The translations under genes were made by a program, and so were the position numbers. The notes under the pieces were generated by a model that worked only from the letters and a program-made list of their open reading frames with translations, made no database searches and was not told the DNA's origin. From an uncultured Thermoplasmata archaeon (lineage in GTDB: Archaea; Thermoplasmatota; Thermoplasmata; Lutacidiplasmatales; UBA184), in the NCBI GenBank assembly GCA_963838955.1, contig CAWISZ010000001.1:24027-88026 (forward strand): 64,000 bases of DNA. Reading direction: 5' to 3'. Below, in pieces: positions 34,767-44,761 of this stretch; within the stretch, counting starts at the first letter, position 1, and each line of letters starts with the position of its first letter.

Positions 34767-35540
34767 CTATTGGTACATCTCCGGCGGCGTGGGCGGGTTC
34801 GCCCCTTCTGCGCCTTGGCCCGAGTGACCCTTCATCGCGGCGCGCAGGGCTTTCTCGATCGCTTCGGCCTGCGCCCGGAGCGGCCCGGTGTCGATGTGGA
34901 TCTCGGGGAGGAGACGATCGACCGCTTCGATCAGGGTCGCCCCCGCCCGATGGTCCGGATACCCTTCACCGGCGCGCGCGCTGACCAAGAGCACCGCGAC
35001 CGGCAAGGGGCCTCCGATCCCCTGAACGAGGAGCGCGCCCGATACCCCGCCGATGATCCCTTCCTCGAGGGGCTGGACCCCGCTCGTCGCGAACGCCCGC
35101 AGGACGCCAGGATCGGGTCGAGAGAACGCGGCCCAGACCACCTCCGCCGGCGGTTCCGTATCCGCTTCGGGATCGCCCTCCGGATGCGGCATGACCCCCT
35201 CGAGGCCCAGGATCCAGCGGGCCTTCCGGGCGGCGGCCCCCTCCATGATCGTGGTCGCGAGCGCGGTCGCCTGAGAAGGACCGGGCGGAAACTCCGAGAC
35301 GACAACGGCGAAATCCTTGCGCCCGTACACACGGATCGGGGGGTTGACCTCCCCGCCCTGGACGACGGCGATTGGCATCATATCGGGAGCTTCGAAGCGA
35401 CCGATCCGGGGAAGCTTCAGGGTGCGGATCATGTACAACGCCGCGACCGTCGTCGCGAGGCCCGCGCTCGGGAAGCAGGAGATCACCACCGCCCCCGGCT
35501 CGAGCGGAGAGTTCGGTTCGTCGGTCCAGCGGAACACCAT
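34767..35540 (-). CDS. PAC2-family proteasome assembly chaperone
   Basis: CFPSAGLA, PPIRVYG, GIIGGVSGALL, YPDHRAG, IDTGPLRAQAEAIE. Confidence 0.85.
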   Translation of the reverse strand: MVFRWTDEPNSPLEPGAVVISCFPSAGLATTVAALYMIRTLKLPRIGRFEAPDMMPIAVVQGGEVNPPIRVYGRKDFAVVVSEFPPGPSQATALATTIMEGAAARKARWILGLEGVMPHPEGDPEADTEPPAEVVWAAFSRPDPGVLRAFATSGVQPLEEGIIGGVSGALLVQGIGGPLPVAVLLVSARAGEGYPDHRAGATLIEAVDRLLPEIHIDTGPLRAQAEAIEKALRAAMKGHSGQGAEGANPPTPPEMYQ

Positions 35541-35627
35541 CGAGAACCTCGGAGCCCACCAGCGTCCACCGGGATTTAGTCTCGATGCCCCTCGGCGGAC
35601 GTGCAGCGACCGAGTCCCCCGAGGGGC

Positions 35628-37670
35628 CTACCAGATCGCGACGCGTCGGTCGTCCGGACGGCGCATCGGGGCGCCCTCGGCGACCCCGAACGCCCCCCAG
35701 AACTCCGGGAGGTTCGACACGGGCCCGATGGCCCGGAAGCGGCCCGGGGAATGGGGATCGATCGTGAGACGTCGGCGGAGTTCCGCCTCGCGAACGTTCG
35801 CGCGCCATATCTGGGCGTAGGAGATGAAGAACCGCTGGGCGGGCGTCATCCCGTCGATCTTCTCGTCGGGGGTGCGCCCGTCGGAGATGCGTCGTTGCAA
35901 TGCCTCGTAGGCGATGCCGACGCCTCCGAGGTCGGCGATGTTCTCGCCCGCGGTCAGTTCGCCGTTGACATGCGCGCCCGGCAGGGGCTCGAACTCGGCG
36001 TACTGGTCGATGATCCGCTGGGCGCGATGCTGGAACTCGGTCGAATCGGCTGCGGCCCACCAGTCCCGCATGTTCCCGTCGGCATCGTACTTGCGGCCCT
36101 GGTCGTCGTAGCCGTGGGTGATCTCGTGCCCGATGACCACGCCGATGCCTCCGTAGTTCACGGCATCGTCCATCGCCGGGTCGAAGAACGGCGGTTGAAG
36201 GATGCCGGCCGGGAAGACGATCTCGTTGAGCGTGGGGTCGAAGTAGGCGTTCACGGTCGGTGGAGTCATCTGCCACTCGCTCCGGTCCACCGGCATTCCC
36301 ACCCGCACGATCGTTCGCTGGATCTCGAAGCCCGCCGCGCGCCGGACGTTCCCGAGGTAGTCCCGACGGGAGATCCGCACGCGGGAGTAGTCCCGGAAGT
36401 GCTGGGGGTGGCCGATCTTGGCCGTGAACCGGTCGAACTTGACCCGGGCGAGTCGACGGGTCTCTTCCGTCATCCAAGGAACGCGTTCGAGGCGCAGGCG
36501 GAAGACCTGCCGGAGGTCCTTCACGAGCTCCACCATCCGCTCTCGGGCCGCACGCGGGAAGTACCGCCGTACATAGATCCGGCCGAGGGCCTCGCCGAGG
36601 CCGTCGTCGACCGCCTTCGCCGCCCGCTTCCAGTCGGGCTCGGGCTCCTCTTGCCCGAGGAGGCGGCGGTAGAAGAAGTCGAAGTCCTCGGCGTCGATCG
36701 CGGCGTGCAGGTACGGCGCGCTCGCGTGGAGGAGGTGCCAGCGGAGGTAGATCTTCCAGTCCGAGATGGAGTGTTCGATCAGCAGCCGGTTCACCGCGTC
36801 GAAGAACTCCGGCTGACCCACCACGAGGTAAGGGGCCTTGCCGGCGCCGCGCAACGACAGGTACTCCTTCCACCGGAGCGAAGGATTCCGTCGGAGGATC
36901 TCCTCCGGCGTCGTTCGGTTGTAGTTCTTCTCGGGGTCCCGCAGTTCGGTGCGGGTTCGACTCGCCTTTGCGAGCTCGGTCTCGATGCGAAGAACGGTCC
37001 GGGCGGCGGCCGCCGCGCGGGCCGGCGGCTCGCCCCACAGGCCGAGCGCTCGCGCGATGTGGGCGAGGTAGGCCAAGCGCACCGGTGCGAACTCTTCCTT
37101 GAGGTAGTAGTCCCGGTCCGGGAGCGAGAGACCTCCCTGCATCAGGTAGAGCGCGTAAATCGAACTGTTTTTCTCGTCGGGCGCGACGGCGGTGCGGAAA
37201 AGCACCGGGATCCCCCGGCGGTGGAACTCCGCGAGCGTGGAGACGACGCCGTGCGCGGACGAAATGGCCCGGATCCGGTCGCGTTCGCGAGCGATCGGAT
37301 GGAACCCCATCTTCCCGCGCTGGCCGACGTCCATGGCCGAGGCGAAGAAGTCGCCGACCTGAGTGCGCGCCGTGGGGGTCGAGCCCCGCCGCCCGCTTGC
37401 CGCCTCTTCCAGGAGCCCGCGCACCTGCCGGAGGTTCCGCTCGAACAGCTCGTCGAACGCGCTCCACCGGGATTTGTCCGCAGGCACGGGGTTCCGATCG
37501 AGCCACTGGCCCGTCGCGAACCGGTAGAAGTCCTGGGATGGGTCCGCCGACCGGTCCATGTAATCGGTGGAGAACTGGGGAGCCCGCCCACCGCCGGGCA
37601 CGGAGGATAACGGCGACGAGCGTTCGGAGGCTCGCGGCGTAGCGCCCTTTCGGATCGTGCGGGGGGCCAT
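35628..37670 (-). CDS. M13-family metalloendopeptidase (PepO/neprilysin-like)
   Basis: DPSQDFYRFATGQW, LPDRDYY, VNAYF, FPAGILQPPFF, GHEITHGYD, GENIADLGG, DPHSPG. Start ATG 37670. Confidence 0.93.
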   Translation of the reverse strand: MAPRTIRKGATPRASERSSPLSSVPGGGRAPQFSTDYMDRSADPSQDFYRFATGQWLDRNPVPADKSRWSAFDELFERNLRQVRGLLEEAASGRRGSTPTARTQVGDFFASAMDVGQRGKMGFHPIARERDRIRAISSAHGVVSTLAEFHRRGIPVLFRTAVAPDEKNSSIYALYLMQGGLSLPDRDYYLKEEFAPVRLAYLAHIARALGLWGEPPARAAAAARTVLRIETELAKASRTRTELRDPEKNYNRTTPEEILRRNPSLRWKEYLSLRGAGKAPYLVVGQPEFFDAVNRLLIEHSISDWKIYLRWHLLHASAPYLHAAIDAEDFDFFYRRLLGQEEPEPDWKRAAKAVDDGLGEALGRIYVRRYFPRAARERMVELVKDLRQVFRLRLERVPWMTEETRRLARVKFDRFTAKIGHPQHFRDYSRVRISRRDYLGNVRRAAGFEIQRTIVRVGMPVDRSEWQMTPPTVNAYFDPTLNEIVFPAGILQPPFFDPAMDDAVNYGGIGVVIGHEITHGYDDQGRKYDADGNMRDWWAAADSTEFQHRAQRIIDQYAEFEPLPGAHVNGELTAGENIADLGGVGIAYEALQRRISDGRTPDEKIDGMTPAQRFFISYAQIWRANVREAELRRRLTIDPHSPGRFRAIGPVSNLPEFWGAFGVAEGAPMRRPDDRRVAIW

Positions 37671-37796
37671 CGGAATCAGCTCGGGGCAGTGCCATCGCCC
37701 CTCCCTTGATGAAGGCTCGCCCGGGACGTCCCGCGCCGACCCCGCCCGGTGGCGCGCGCGGTTAACCCCAAGTACTGGGCGCCACTCCCAGCGCCC

Positions 37797-38840
37797 GTGG
37801 GGCTTCCGTTCAAGGATATTGTTCAGGCGGAGCAACTCCCGTGGAGCGCGCTCGCGGGCCGAACCGTCGCCGTCGATGGGTACAACGCGATCTACCAGTT
37901 CCTCGCGACCGTGCGCCAGGCGGACGGCGAACCGTTCTCCGACGCCCGCGGACGGCCCACCAGCCATCTCATAGGGGTCTTCTACCGGACGACGGCCTTG
38001 CTCGGAGAGGGCGTCCGGCCCGCGTGGGTGTTCGACGGTCGACCTCCGGACCTGAAGGCCGGGACGCTCCGGGCGCGGTTCCGCGCCAAGGAGCGCGCCG
38101 AGGAGCAGCGGCAGGAAGCCCTCGTCGCCGGCGACCTCGAGACGGCGCGGCGCAAGGCCGCCCAGACCTCCCGTCTGACCCCGACGATGGCCGAGGAAGC
38201 GATCGGTCTGCTGGGTTCGCTCGGGATCCCGACCGTACGCGCCCCGAGCGAGGGGGAGGCCCAGGCGGCCCGCATGGCGGCTACCGGAGTGGTCTGGGCT
38301 TCCGCCTCGGAGGACTACGACGGACTGCTGTTCGGGGCGCCTCGGCTCGTCCGGGGTCTCGCGGCGCGCCGCTCCAGAGGGGTCGACGCCGGCGCCCAGT
38401 TGATCGACCGGGACCGTCTCTTGGCGACGCTGGGGATCGATGGCGACGAATTGATCCTCGTCGGCATCATCGTGGGGACGGATTTCAACGAAGGGGCGTC
38501 GGGCTACGGTCCGAAGAAGGCCCTCAAGCTCGTCCGCGAGCATCTCGGGTGGGAAGCGACCCTCGCCCGTGTCGGGATCGATCCGAAGGAGGGGGCGGAC
38601 GTGGGAGAGATCTTCCGGCACCCCGACACGATCGACGCACCGATACCGGAGTTCCGGCCGATCGACGACGCGGCCGTGTTGCACCTGCTGGTCGACGAGC
38701 ACGGGTTCTCGGAGGAACGCGTTCGCTCCGCGATCGACCGGGCACGACGCGGGCTTCGCATCCCTCCCCGCCCGATTCCCGCGGTCTCCGCCCGCGCACG
38801 CCAGACGATGCTCGATGGGTTCGGAGGCGCCGCCACATGA
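37797..38840 (+). CDS. fen: Flap endonuclease 1
   Basis: DGYNAIYQFL, VFDG, APSEGEAQAA, SEDYD, GTDFN, GPKKALKL, C-terminal PIP box QTMLDGF. Confidence 0.95.
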   Translation: MGLPFKDIVQAEQLPWSALAGRTVAVDGYNAIYQFLATVRQADGEPFSDARGRPTSHLIGVFYRTTALLGEGVRPAWVFDGRPPDLKAGTLRARFRAKERAEEQRQEALVAGDLETARRKAAQTSRLTPTMAEEAIGLLGSLGIPTVRAPSEGEAQAARMAATGVVWASASEDYDGLLFGAPRLVRGLAARRSRGVDAGAQLIDRDRLLATLGIDGDELILVGIIVGTDFNEGASGYGPKKALKLVREHLGWEATLARVGIDPKEGADVGEIFRHPDTIDAPIPEFRPIDDAAVLHLLVDEHGFSEERVRSAIDRARRGLRIPPRPIPAVSARARQTMLDGFGGAAT

Positions 38841-40312
38841 CGCGCTTCGAATGCGTTCCGAACTTTTCCGAGGGGCGGGACGAGACGAAGATCGGCCGGA
38901 TTGCGGACGCGGCCCGGCGGATCCCAGGAGTGGCGGTGCTCGACGTGGAATGGAACGCGGACCACAACCGGTGCGTCATCACCCTCGTCGGGGAGGGAGA
39001 GAGCCTCCTGGACGCGGTGATCGGCATGATGACGGTCGCCACGGAACTGATCGATCTGACGCATCACGCCGGCGAGCATCCCCGCATGGGCGCCACCGAC
39101 GTCGTACCGTTCGTACCGCTGGAAGGCGCGACGGTCGAGGATGCGGTGCGCCTCGCCGAGCGTCTGGGCGAACGCGTGTGGAAAGAGCTGGGGATCCCCG
39201 TCTACTTCTACGGTGCGGCCGCGCGGCGACCGGAGCGGGTGGACCTTCCCGCGGTTCGAAAGGGCGAGTTCGAGGGGATCCGCGAGGAGATCGGCAAGAA
39301 CCCCGAGCGCGCCCCGGACGTCGGAGAACCGCGGGTGCACCCCACGGCGGGAGCCGTCGCGATCGGAGCCCGAGCCGTTCTCATCGCGTTCAACGCCTAC
39401 CTCACGACGCCCGACGTCAGCATCGCCAAGAAGATCGCGAAGGCCGTCCGCGCGCGGGACGGCGGTCTCGCGGAGGTCCGCGCGCTGGGATTCGAGATCA
39501 AGGAGCGCAACCGTGCGCAGGTCTCCATGAACCTCACCGACTATCGCAAGACCCCCATCCACCGCGCGCTCGAGCAGGTACGGCGCGAGGCGGAAGGCTT
39601 CGGCGTGAGCGTCGAAGAATCGGAGATCGTCGGCCTCGTTCCCGAGGACGCCCTCCTCGATGCGGCGGAATTCTACCTCCAGCTGAACCGGTTCGATCGA
39701 GCTACCATCCTGGAACGCAAGCTCCGAGCGGCCTCCGCCGGCGCGCCCGGTGCGGAGTCCCTCGCGTCGTTCTCGGCTCGTCTCGCGGCGCGAACGCCGA
39801 CGCCCGGTGGAGGAAGCGCCTCCGCCGCCGCCGGCGCCTTGGGCGCCGCGCTCGGAGAGATGGTCCTCTCCTATTCGATCCTCCCCGCTCGGCCGGATGC
39901 CGAGCTCGTGGCCGTCCGCGCGGATTGCACTGCGGCCCGGGCCACCTTCCTCCGCTGGATCGAGGAGGACGCGCGAGCGTACGACGGGGTCCGGACGGCC
40001 CGCAAGACCCTCAAGGACCACTCGGAAGACGTCGCCTGGAAGGAGGCCTACGTCGCGGCGGTACGGGCGGCCGCCCACGTCCCGCTCGAAACCGCCCGCC
40101 TCGCTCATGCGATCGCGCACGGCCTTCACGGGGTCCAATCTCGCACCAAGGCCGCTCTGGCGAGCGACATGGTCAGCGCGCTCGCGCTCCTGCGCGCCGC
40201 GACGGGCGGAGCGCTCGAGAACGTCGCGATCAACCTCGTCGACCTGAAGAACGCGGGGGACGATGTCGGTCCGATCGAGGTCGAGGTCGCGCGCCTCCGC
40301 CTTCCTGTGTAG
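38837..40312 (+). CDS. ftcd: Glutamate formiminotransferase-cyclodeaminase (fused FTCD)
   Basis: ECVPNFSEGRD, DHNRCVIT, GEHPRMGATDVVPF, QVSMNL, then TPGGGSASA and NVAINL in the cyclodeaminase domain. ATGA overlap with fen. Confidence 0.93.
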   Translation: MTRFECVPNFSEGRDETKIGRIADAARRIPGVAVLDVEWNADHNRCVITLVGEGESLLDAVIGMMTVATELIDLTHHAGEHPRMGATDVVPFVPLEGATVEDAVRLAERLGERVWKELGIPVYFYGAAARRPERVDLPAVRKGEFEGIREEIGKNPERAPDVGEPRVHPTAGAVAIGARAVLIAFNAYLTTPDVSIAKKIAKAVRARDGGLAEVRALGFEIKERNRAQVSMNLTDYRKTPIHRALEQVRREAEGFGVSVEESEIVGLVPEDALLDAAEFYLQLNRFDRATILERKLRAASAGAPGAESLASFSARLAARTPTPGGGSASAAAGALGAALGEMVLSYSILPARPDAELVAVRADCTAARATFLRWIEEDARAYDGVRTARKTLKDHSEDVAWKEAYVAAVRAAAHVPLETARLAHAIAHGLHGVQSRTKAALASDMVSALALLRAATGGALENVAINLVDLKNAGDDVGPIEVEVARLRLPV

Positions 40313-40320
40313 GGTATCCG

Positions 40321-40998
40321 ATGACGCTCCCCCGGCCCCTCGTTTGGATCAACTGCGCCGCGTCCGCCGATGGGCGGCTCGCTTTCGACGGGGGCGCGCG
40401 CGCGAGACTCTCCGGCCCGGAGGACCTCGCCCGCGTGCAACGCCTTCGGGCCGAATCGGACGGGATCGTGATCGGGGTCGGGACCGCGATCGCCGACGAC
40501 CCGTCCCTGCGCGTGCACTGGGAGCTGTTGGACGGTGCGCCGGGAAACCCTCCCACACGGATCGTGCTCGACTCCGCCGGACGCCTTCCGGCGACCTCCC
40601 GCCTCCTCGATGGGAGCCTCCCGACGATCGTCGCGACCAGCAAGCGATGCGTGCGACAGTATCCGGCGCACGTCACGACGATCGTCGCGGGCGCCGAGCG
40701 CGTGGACCTCGCTCGGCTCTATCAAGAGCTCCACGCGCGCGGCCACCGTCGCCTCTTGGTGGAGGGCGGGGCCCGGGTGCTGGCGAGCGCGCTCCAGAAG
40801 GGTCTCTTCGATCGCTTCACGATCTACGTCGCACCCGTAATCATCGGCGAGCACGCCGCTCCACCGGTCGTTTCGGGCCCGGCGGCGCGCCGGATAGAAG
40901 ACGTGCTAGCGCTCGATCTGCTCGCGGTCGACCGGCTCGGGGCCGGATACGTCGCCTCGTATGGCCCGCCGGGCTCGGCCCCGCCGGTGCCCCCCTAG
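40321..40998 (+). CDS. RibD C-terminal/DHFR-like pyrimidine reductase (Rib7/ArfC-like)
   Basis: INCAASADGR, GVGTAIADDPSL, RIVLDS, LLVEGG, YVAPVIIG. Confidence 0.88.
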   Translation: MTLPRPLVWINCAASADGRLAFDGGARARLSGPEDLARVQRLRAESDGIVIGVGTAIADDPSLRVHWELLDGAPGNPPTRIVLDSAGRLPATSRLLDGSLPTIVATSKRCVRQYPAHVTTIVAGAERVDLARLYQELHARGHRRLLVEGGARVLASALQKGLFDRFTIYVAPVIIGEHAAPPVVSGPAARRIEDVLALDLLAVDRLGAGYVASYGPPGSAPPVPP

Positions 40999-41061
40999 GG
41001 GTCGGGACCCCGTCGCCGGCCTTATCCACTCTCGGCGTTCGACCCGCCCGGGGCCTCCGCC

Positions 41062-42066
41062 ATGAAGCTCGTGCACTTCTCGCTCGCCGACCAGTTCCAC
41101 TTCGGGATGCTGACCGACTCGAACGAGTACATCGATCTCGACACCGCCTGCCGCGATTACTTCGGCGTGAACCCGACCAAGGGCGCTGACCCCAGCCGCT
41201 TCCGCGACATGCAATCGTTCTTCGCTGGAGGTGCGGAATCGGTCGAGATCACGAAGAAGATCATCGAGTACATCGACCGCCGGCGTAAGGCCGGGTGGAC
41301 CCCCCGGGCCGCGACGGGCGCCCGGTTCTTGTTCAAGCCGGAGGAGGGCGTGAAGCTCCTCGCCCCGGTCGTGCGCGGGGCGAAGATCTACTGTCTCGCG
41401 TCCAACTCCAAAGGCCACGTCGCCGAGCAAGGCAAGCCGGTGCCCACCCGGCCGTACGTCTTCACGCGATTCTTCAACAGTCTGGTCGGCCCGAGCGAGC
41501 CGCTCGTCCTGAATCCGGCCGGAACGTTCCCCGACGTCGAGCTCGAGCTCGCGATCGTGATCGGCCAGCGCGGCAAGCACATCGCTGCGTCCGAGGCGAT
41601 GAACTACGTGGCGGGCTACACCATCGTGCTCGACATGGGCTACCGCGATCTGCAGTACCCGAGCGAGGGCGTCGTTGACTGGGTGCTGGGCAAGGGCTTC
41701 GATGGGACGATGGCGGTCGGCCCGTGGATCGTCCCGAAGGAGGAGATGGGGAACCCGTACCCGCTCGTCATGGAGCTCAAGGTCGGGGGCGTCGTGCGGC
41801 AGGGCGGCGACACCAACGACTACATCTTCCGGATCCCCGAGATCATCGCGCACCTCTCCCGAGGCATCACGCTCGAACCGGGGGACCTCATCTCGCTCGG
41901 CACGCTCGCGGGAAGCCCGGGTTTCGAGTTCGGGAAGGAGAGCCGGCGGCTCCAGGCCGGCGATCAGGTCGAGGCATCGATCGAGCGGATCGGACGGCTG
42001 GTCATCCCGGTGAAAGCAGAAGCTCCGCCTCCCCCCGCAGCACCAGGAACAGCGCCGTCGGCGTGA
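41062..42066 (+). CDS. Fumarylacetoacetate hydrolase-family protein
   Basis: PDVELELAIVIG, GYTIVLD..RDLQ, GKGFD, GPWIV, TLEPGDLISLGT. Confidence 0.9.
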   Translation: MKLVHFSLADQFHFGMLTDSNEYIDLDTACRDYFGVNPTKGADPSRFRDMQSFFAGGAESVEITKKIIEYIDRRRKAGWTPRAATGARFLFKPEEGVKLLAPVVRGAKIYCLASNSKGHVAEQGKPVPTRPYVFTRFFNSLVGPSEPLVLNPAGTFPDVELELAIVIGQRGKHIAASEAMNYVAGYTIVLDMGYRDLQYPSEGVVDWVLGKGFDGTMAVGPWIVPKEEMGNPYPLVMELKVGGVVRQGGDTNDYIFRIPEIIAHLSRGITLEPGDLISLGTLAGSPGFEFGKESRRLQAGDQVEASIERIGRLVIPVKAEAPPPPAAPGTAPSA

Positions 42067-43261
42067 AGAGCTCCTCGGACGCGCCGGGCGTTCCGCGCAC
42101 TCCCTCCGGGAACGGGTAATCGACCGCCGCCGTGAACGTCACGCGCTGGCGCTCTTCGTCCGGCGAGCGCAGCGGCGCGTCGCGGAACGGATCGAACGCA
42201 TCGAGCGTCTCGCGCGTCAGCGGCAGGACCCGAAATCCCGTGCCGCCGTGCAGCGATCGAGGCAGGCGGATGAGGCGGTGGATGTCGGTGGTGACCGGGG
42301 CATCCGTCTCGCCCTCGACCCGGATCGCCGCGCGCGCGAGCACGGCGTCCCAGAACTCCTTCGGAAGATCCTTGTCGAAGACATCGAGGCTGAGGCTCGC
42401 CCGGATCCTCCGGCTCCCCCCCTCTTCGACGAACATCCGGGCGAGCCGCTTCGCGCGCGTCGGGTTCATCCCGAGGGCGGCGATCTCCTTCGCGGTTTCG
42501 TTCACCCCGATCGCCTCCCAGTGCGCGAGCAGGTCGAGGACCGCGCGTGTCGTCCGGCCCTTCCAACCCGGAGCATCGGCCGGCGCGAGCTGGCGCACCT
42601 TGCCGGGGCCGCGGCCGGGGATCGGCGCCTCCTCCGGGGAGGCGTTCGACGGCGTCCAGGAGCTGGGACCCCCCGGGGACCTCGCCGTAACCGCGTCGCG
42701 CGGATCGAACCCGGAACCCACCAGGTAGTCGACGAGTTCGCGCCGCTCCGGGCTCGTCAGCGTGAGGAACGCCTCGTTGCGAACATGGACATGGTACCCG
42801 CGGCCCCCGGAGAAGACGAGCGACGCGTCCGCGGGATCGATGCCGAAGTCCCCGAACAGGAATTCGTCCAGGAGTTCGCGCAACTTTGTCTTGACGAGCG
42901 CGAGCTGGTCAGCGTAGTCGAGGCTCTCGGCCCCCCGCAAGTGATCCGAATCGAGATCGAAGATCAGGTCCGCCCCGAGCCACTCCTTCGCCGCCATGGT
43001 CGGCTCCGAGGGTTTGCGGTAGTACGCGGTGGAATAGTAGACGTGGCGCGGCACCTCGCGGGGGAGCCACGCCCGGAACTCTTCCGCCGTCCGGAACGCG
43101 TCGTGCCGGCGCATGAGCGTCTCGGTGGAGAACGGGAACGCCGCGAATTCCCGCCTCGCGAACCGGTACGGCGGGTCGATCTCAGCCTCGGCGTAGTAGC
43201 GAGCGAACTGCCGCCGTGCCCAGTCGAGCGTCCGCGCGTCGAGCGCAATCGTCTTCGCCAC
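42002..43261 (-). CDS. priS: DNA primase catalytic (small) subunit
   Basis: RREFA, HVYYSTAYY, GADLIFDLDSDH, FSGGRGYH, DAPVTTDIHRLIRLP.SLHGGTG. Confidence 0.94.
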   Translation of the reverse strand: MAKTIALDARTLDWARRQFARYYAEAEIDPPYRFARREFAAFPFSTETLMRRHDAFRTAEEFRAWLPREVPRHVYYSTAYYRKPSEPTMAAKEWLGADLIFDLDSDHLRGAESLDYADQLALVKTKLRELLDEFLFGDFGIDPADASLVFSGGRGYHVHVRNEAFLTLTSPERRELVDYLVGSGFDPRDAVTARSPGGPSSWTPSNASPEEAPIPGRGPGKVRQLAPADAPGWKGRTTRAVLDLLAHWEAIGVNETAKEIAALGMNPTRAKRLARMFVEEGGSRRIRASLSLDVFDKDLPKEFWDAVLARAAIRVEGETDAPVTTDIHRLIRLPRSLHGGTGFRVLPLTRETLDAFDPFRDAPLRSPDEERQRVTFTAAVDYPFPEGVRGTPGASEELFTPTALFLVLRGEAELLLSPG

Positions 43262-43264
43262 GCC

Positions 43265-43834
43265 TTACCCCGCCAGCCCGTCGTCGTCCAGCGAGTCGAG
43301 CGCCTCCGCCGCGACGTCGTTGCGTCGCAGCCGCGCCAAGAGGTGGAAGACGGTGGAGTGCTCGCTTCCGCGCAGGAGGAGCTCGACCGCTCGCGTGGCA
43401 CGCTCCATCTGCGCGTCCTCGCCGATGAGGGCGACGGTCGCTCCGTACACGCTCACCGAGCAACCCGACAGCTCCTCGATCCGGGCCCGCGCACGGCCGT
43501 CGGTGCCGATCAGCCGCGATCGGATCCGACGCAGGGCGCCCTTCGCCCGCTTCCCGGTCTCGAACTTGATGTCGAGGATGGTCAGGACCGTGCCTTCTTT
43601 GGTCAGTCGGAGCGCGCGCGGCGGAGAGAATCCTCGCCCGATCGCCAGCACCACGTCCCGCCCGATCATCGCGTGCTCGGGCTCGGTGTCGGGCGAAGTG
43701 ACCCGTACCTGCCCCTCCTCCTCGATGGTGATGCTCGCCCCGGTCCGGCGGGCGATCTCGCGCTTCGTCTGGCCGCCGGGGCCGATAAGGACCCCGATCC
43801 GGTCGTCGGGGATACGGGCGTAGAGCGTCGGCAT
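43265..43834 (-). CDS. KH-domain rRNA-processing protein (Dim2/Pno1/Krr1 family)
   Basis: IPDDRIGVLIGPGG, AIGRGFSP, RLIGTDGR, GSEHSTV. Start ATG 43834. Confidence 0.92.
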   Translation of the reverse strand: MPTLYARIPDDRIGVLIGPGGQTKREIARRTGASITIEEEGQVRVTSPDTEPEHAMIGRDVVLAIGRGFSPPRALRLTKEGTVLTILDIKFETGKRAKGALRRIRSRLIGTDGRARARIEELSGCSVSVYGATVALIGEDAQMERATRAVELLLRGSEHSTVFHLLARLRRNDVAAEALDSLDDDGLAG

Positions 43835-43835
43835 C

Positions 43836-44615
43836 TTACGACCGCTTCCCCACGTGGTCGGCCCCAATAGCGCGGAGGAACTCCTCCTTCGTGACCTTGA
43901 AATCGAGACCCCTGAAGAACTTGACGAAGTTCGCGATATCGCGGTCGATGAGGTGACGCGCTTCGGGATGGTCCGCGGGAATCGCCTGCGCCACGTCGAT
44001 GAGGACGCATTTTCCCTCCCAGTACAGCACATTCCACGGAGAGAGGTCCCCGTGCACGAGCCTCCCGGGCCGGATCATCAGGCTCAGTTGGGCGACCAGG
44101 TCCTCGTATAGGGCTGCCGGATCGTCTACGGTGGCGTCCCGCAGTCGCGGGGCCGCCCCACCGTCCGTTCCGATGAACTCCATCACGAGCACGTTACGGA
44201 AGTGGACGTACGGCCGGGGCACGCGCACCCCCGCGGCCGTAAGCTGGCCGAGAATCGTGTGCTCGCGACGCGTCCAGGCACTGATCAAGCCGGCAAAGTT
44301 CCCGACGCTCGTCTCCCGCCCGAGCTGTTCGAGCGTGTACGGAGGTAGGTGCCGGAACGTCGTATTGCCGATCCGGTACACTTTCACGGCGCGGTACTCG
44401 TTTCCCCTCGTCGCGCGGAACACGCCTCCCTCCTTGCCCGTGGAGATGGGGTAATCGATGGTCTCGAACGCCCCGCGGTGCATGAGGCGGGAAACCGCAA
44501 GGAGCGTGGCGTGGTCGAAGAACTCGTCGAGCACCTTTCGGTCCTGCGACTCCTTGCGTCGGTCTTCGAATCGCTCTTTGCGGCGCGGGAATGCCATCTC
44601 CTGCGGGTTGGTCAT
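43836..44615 (-). CDS. rio1: RIO1-family serine kinase
   Basis: ISTGKE, AVKVYR, LVMEFIG, HGDLSPWN, IDVAQA. Start ATG 44615. Confidence 0.92.
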   Translation of the reverse strand: MTNPQEMAFPRRKERFEDRRKESQDRKVLDEFFDHATLLAVSRLMHRGAFETIDYPISTGKEGGVFRATRGNEYRAVKVYRIGNTTFRHLPPYTLEQLGRETSVGNFAGLISAWTRREHTILGQLTAAGVRVPRPYVHFRNVLVMEFIGTDGGAAPRLRDATVDDPAALYEDLVAQLSLMIRPGRLVHGDLSPWNVLYWEGKCVLIDVAQAIPADHPEARHLIDRDIANFVKFFRGLDFKVTKEEFLRAIGADHVGKRS

Positions 44616-44761
44616 CGTGCGCGGCCGACACGGCGCGGGACCTGATAGGTTGTCGGGAGTTCGCGGAGGCTCTACCGGGGGGACCGACGCGACCGACCAC
44701 CCCACGAGGTGGTGCTTCCGTAACCACCGGTATATCTGGGCTCCGCGACGTGGTGCATCGG

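Noticed and set aside
34966-37695. 909-aa minus-strand and 669-aa plus-strand ORFs
   Set aside because: Off-frame or antisense shadows of the M13 peptidase and PAC2 genes, with Arg/Pro/Gly-rich spurious composition.
37671-38702. Apparent 344-aa N-terminal extension of the M13 peptidase (1024-aa ORF)
   Set aside because: It is antisense to fen; peptidase similarity starts after ATG 37670.
37841-38836. Apparent N-terminal extension of FTCD (823-aa ORF), and the 809-aa ORF leading into ribD-C
   Set aside because: Off-frame read-through over the upstream genes; the real starts are 38837 and 40321.
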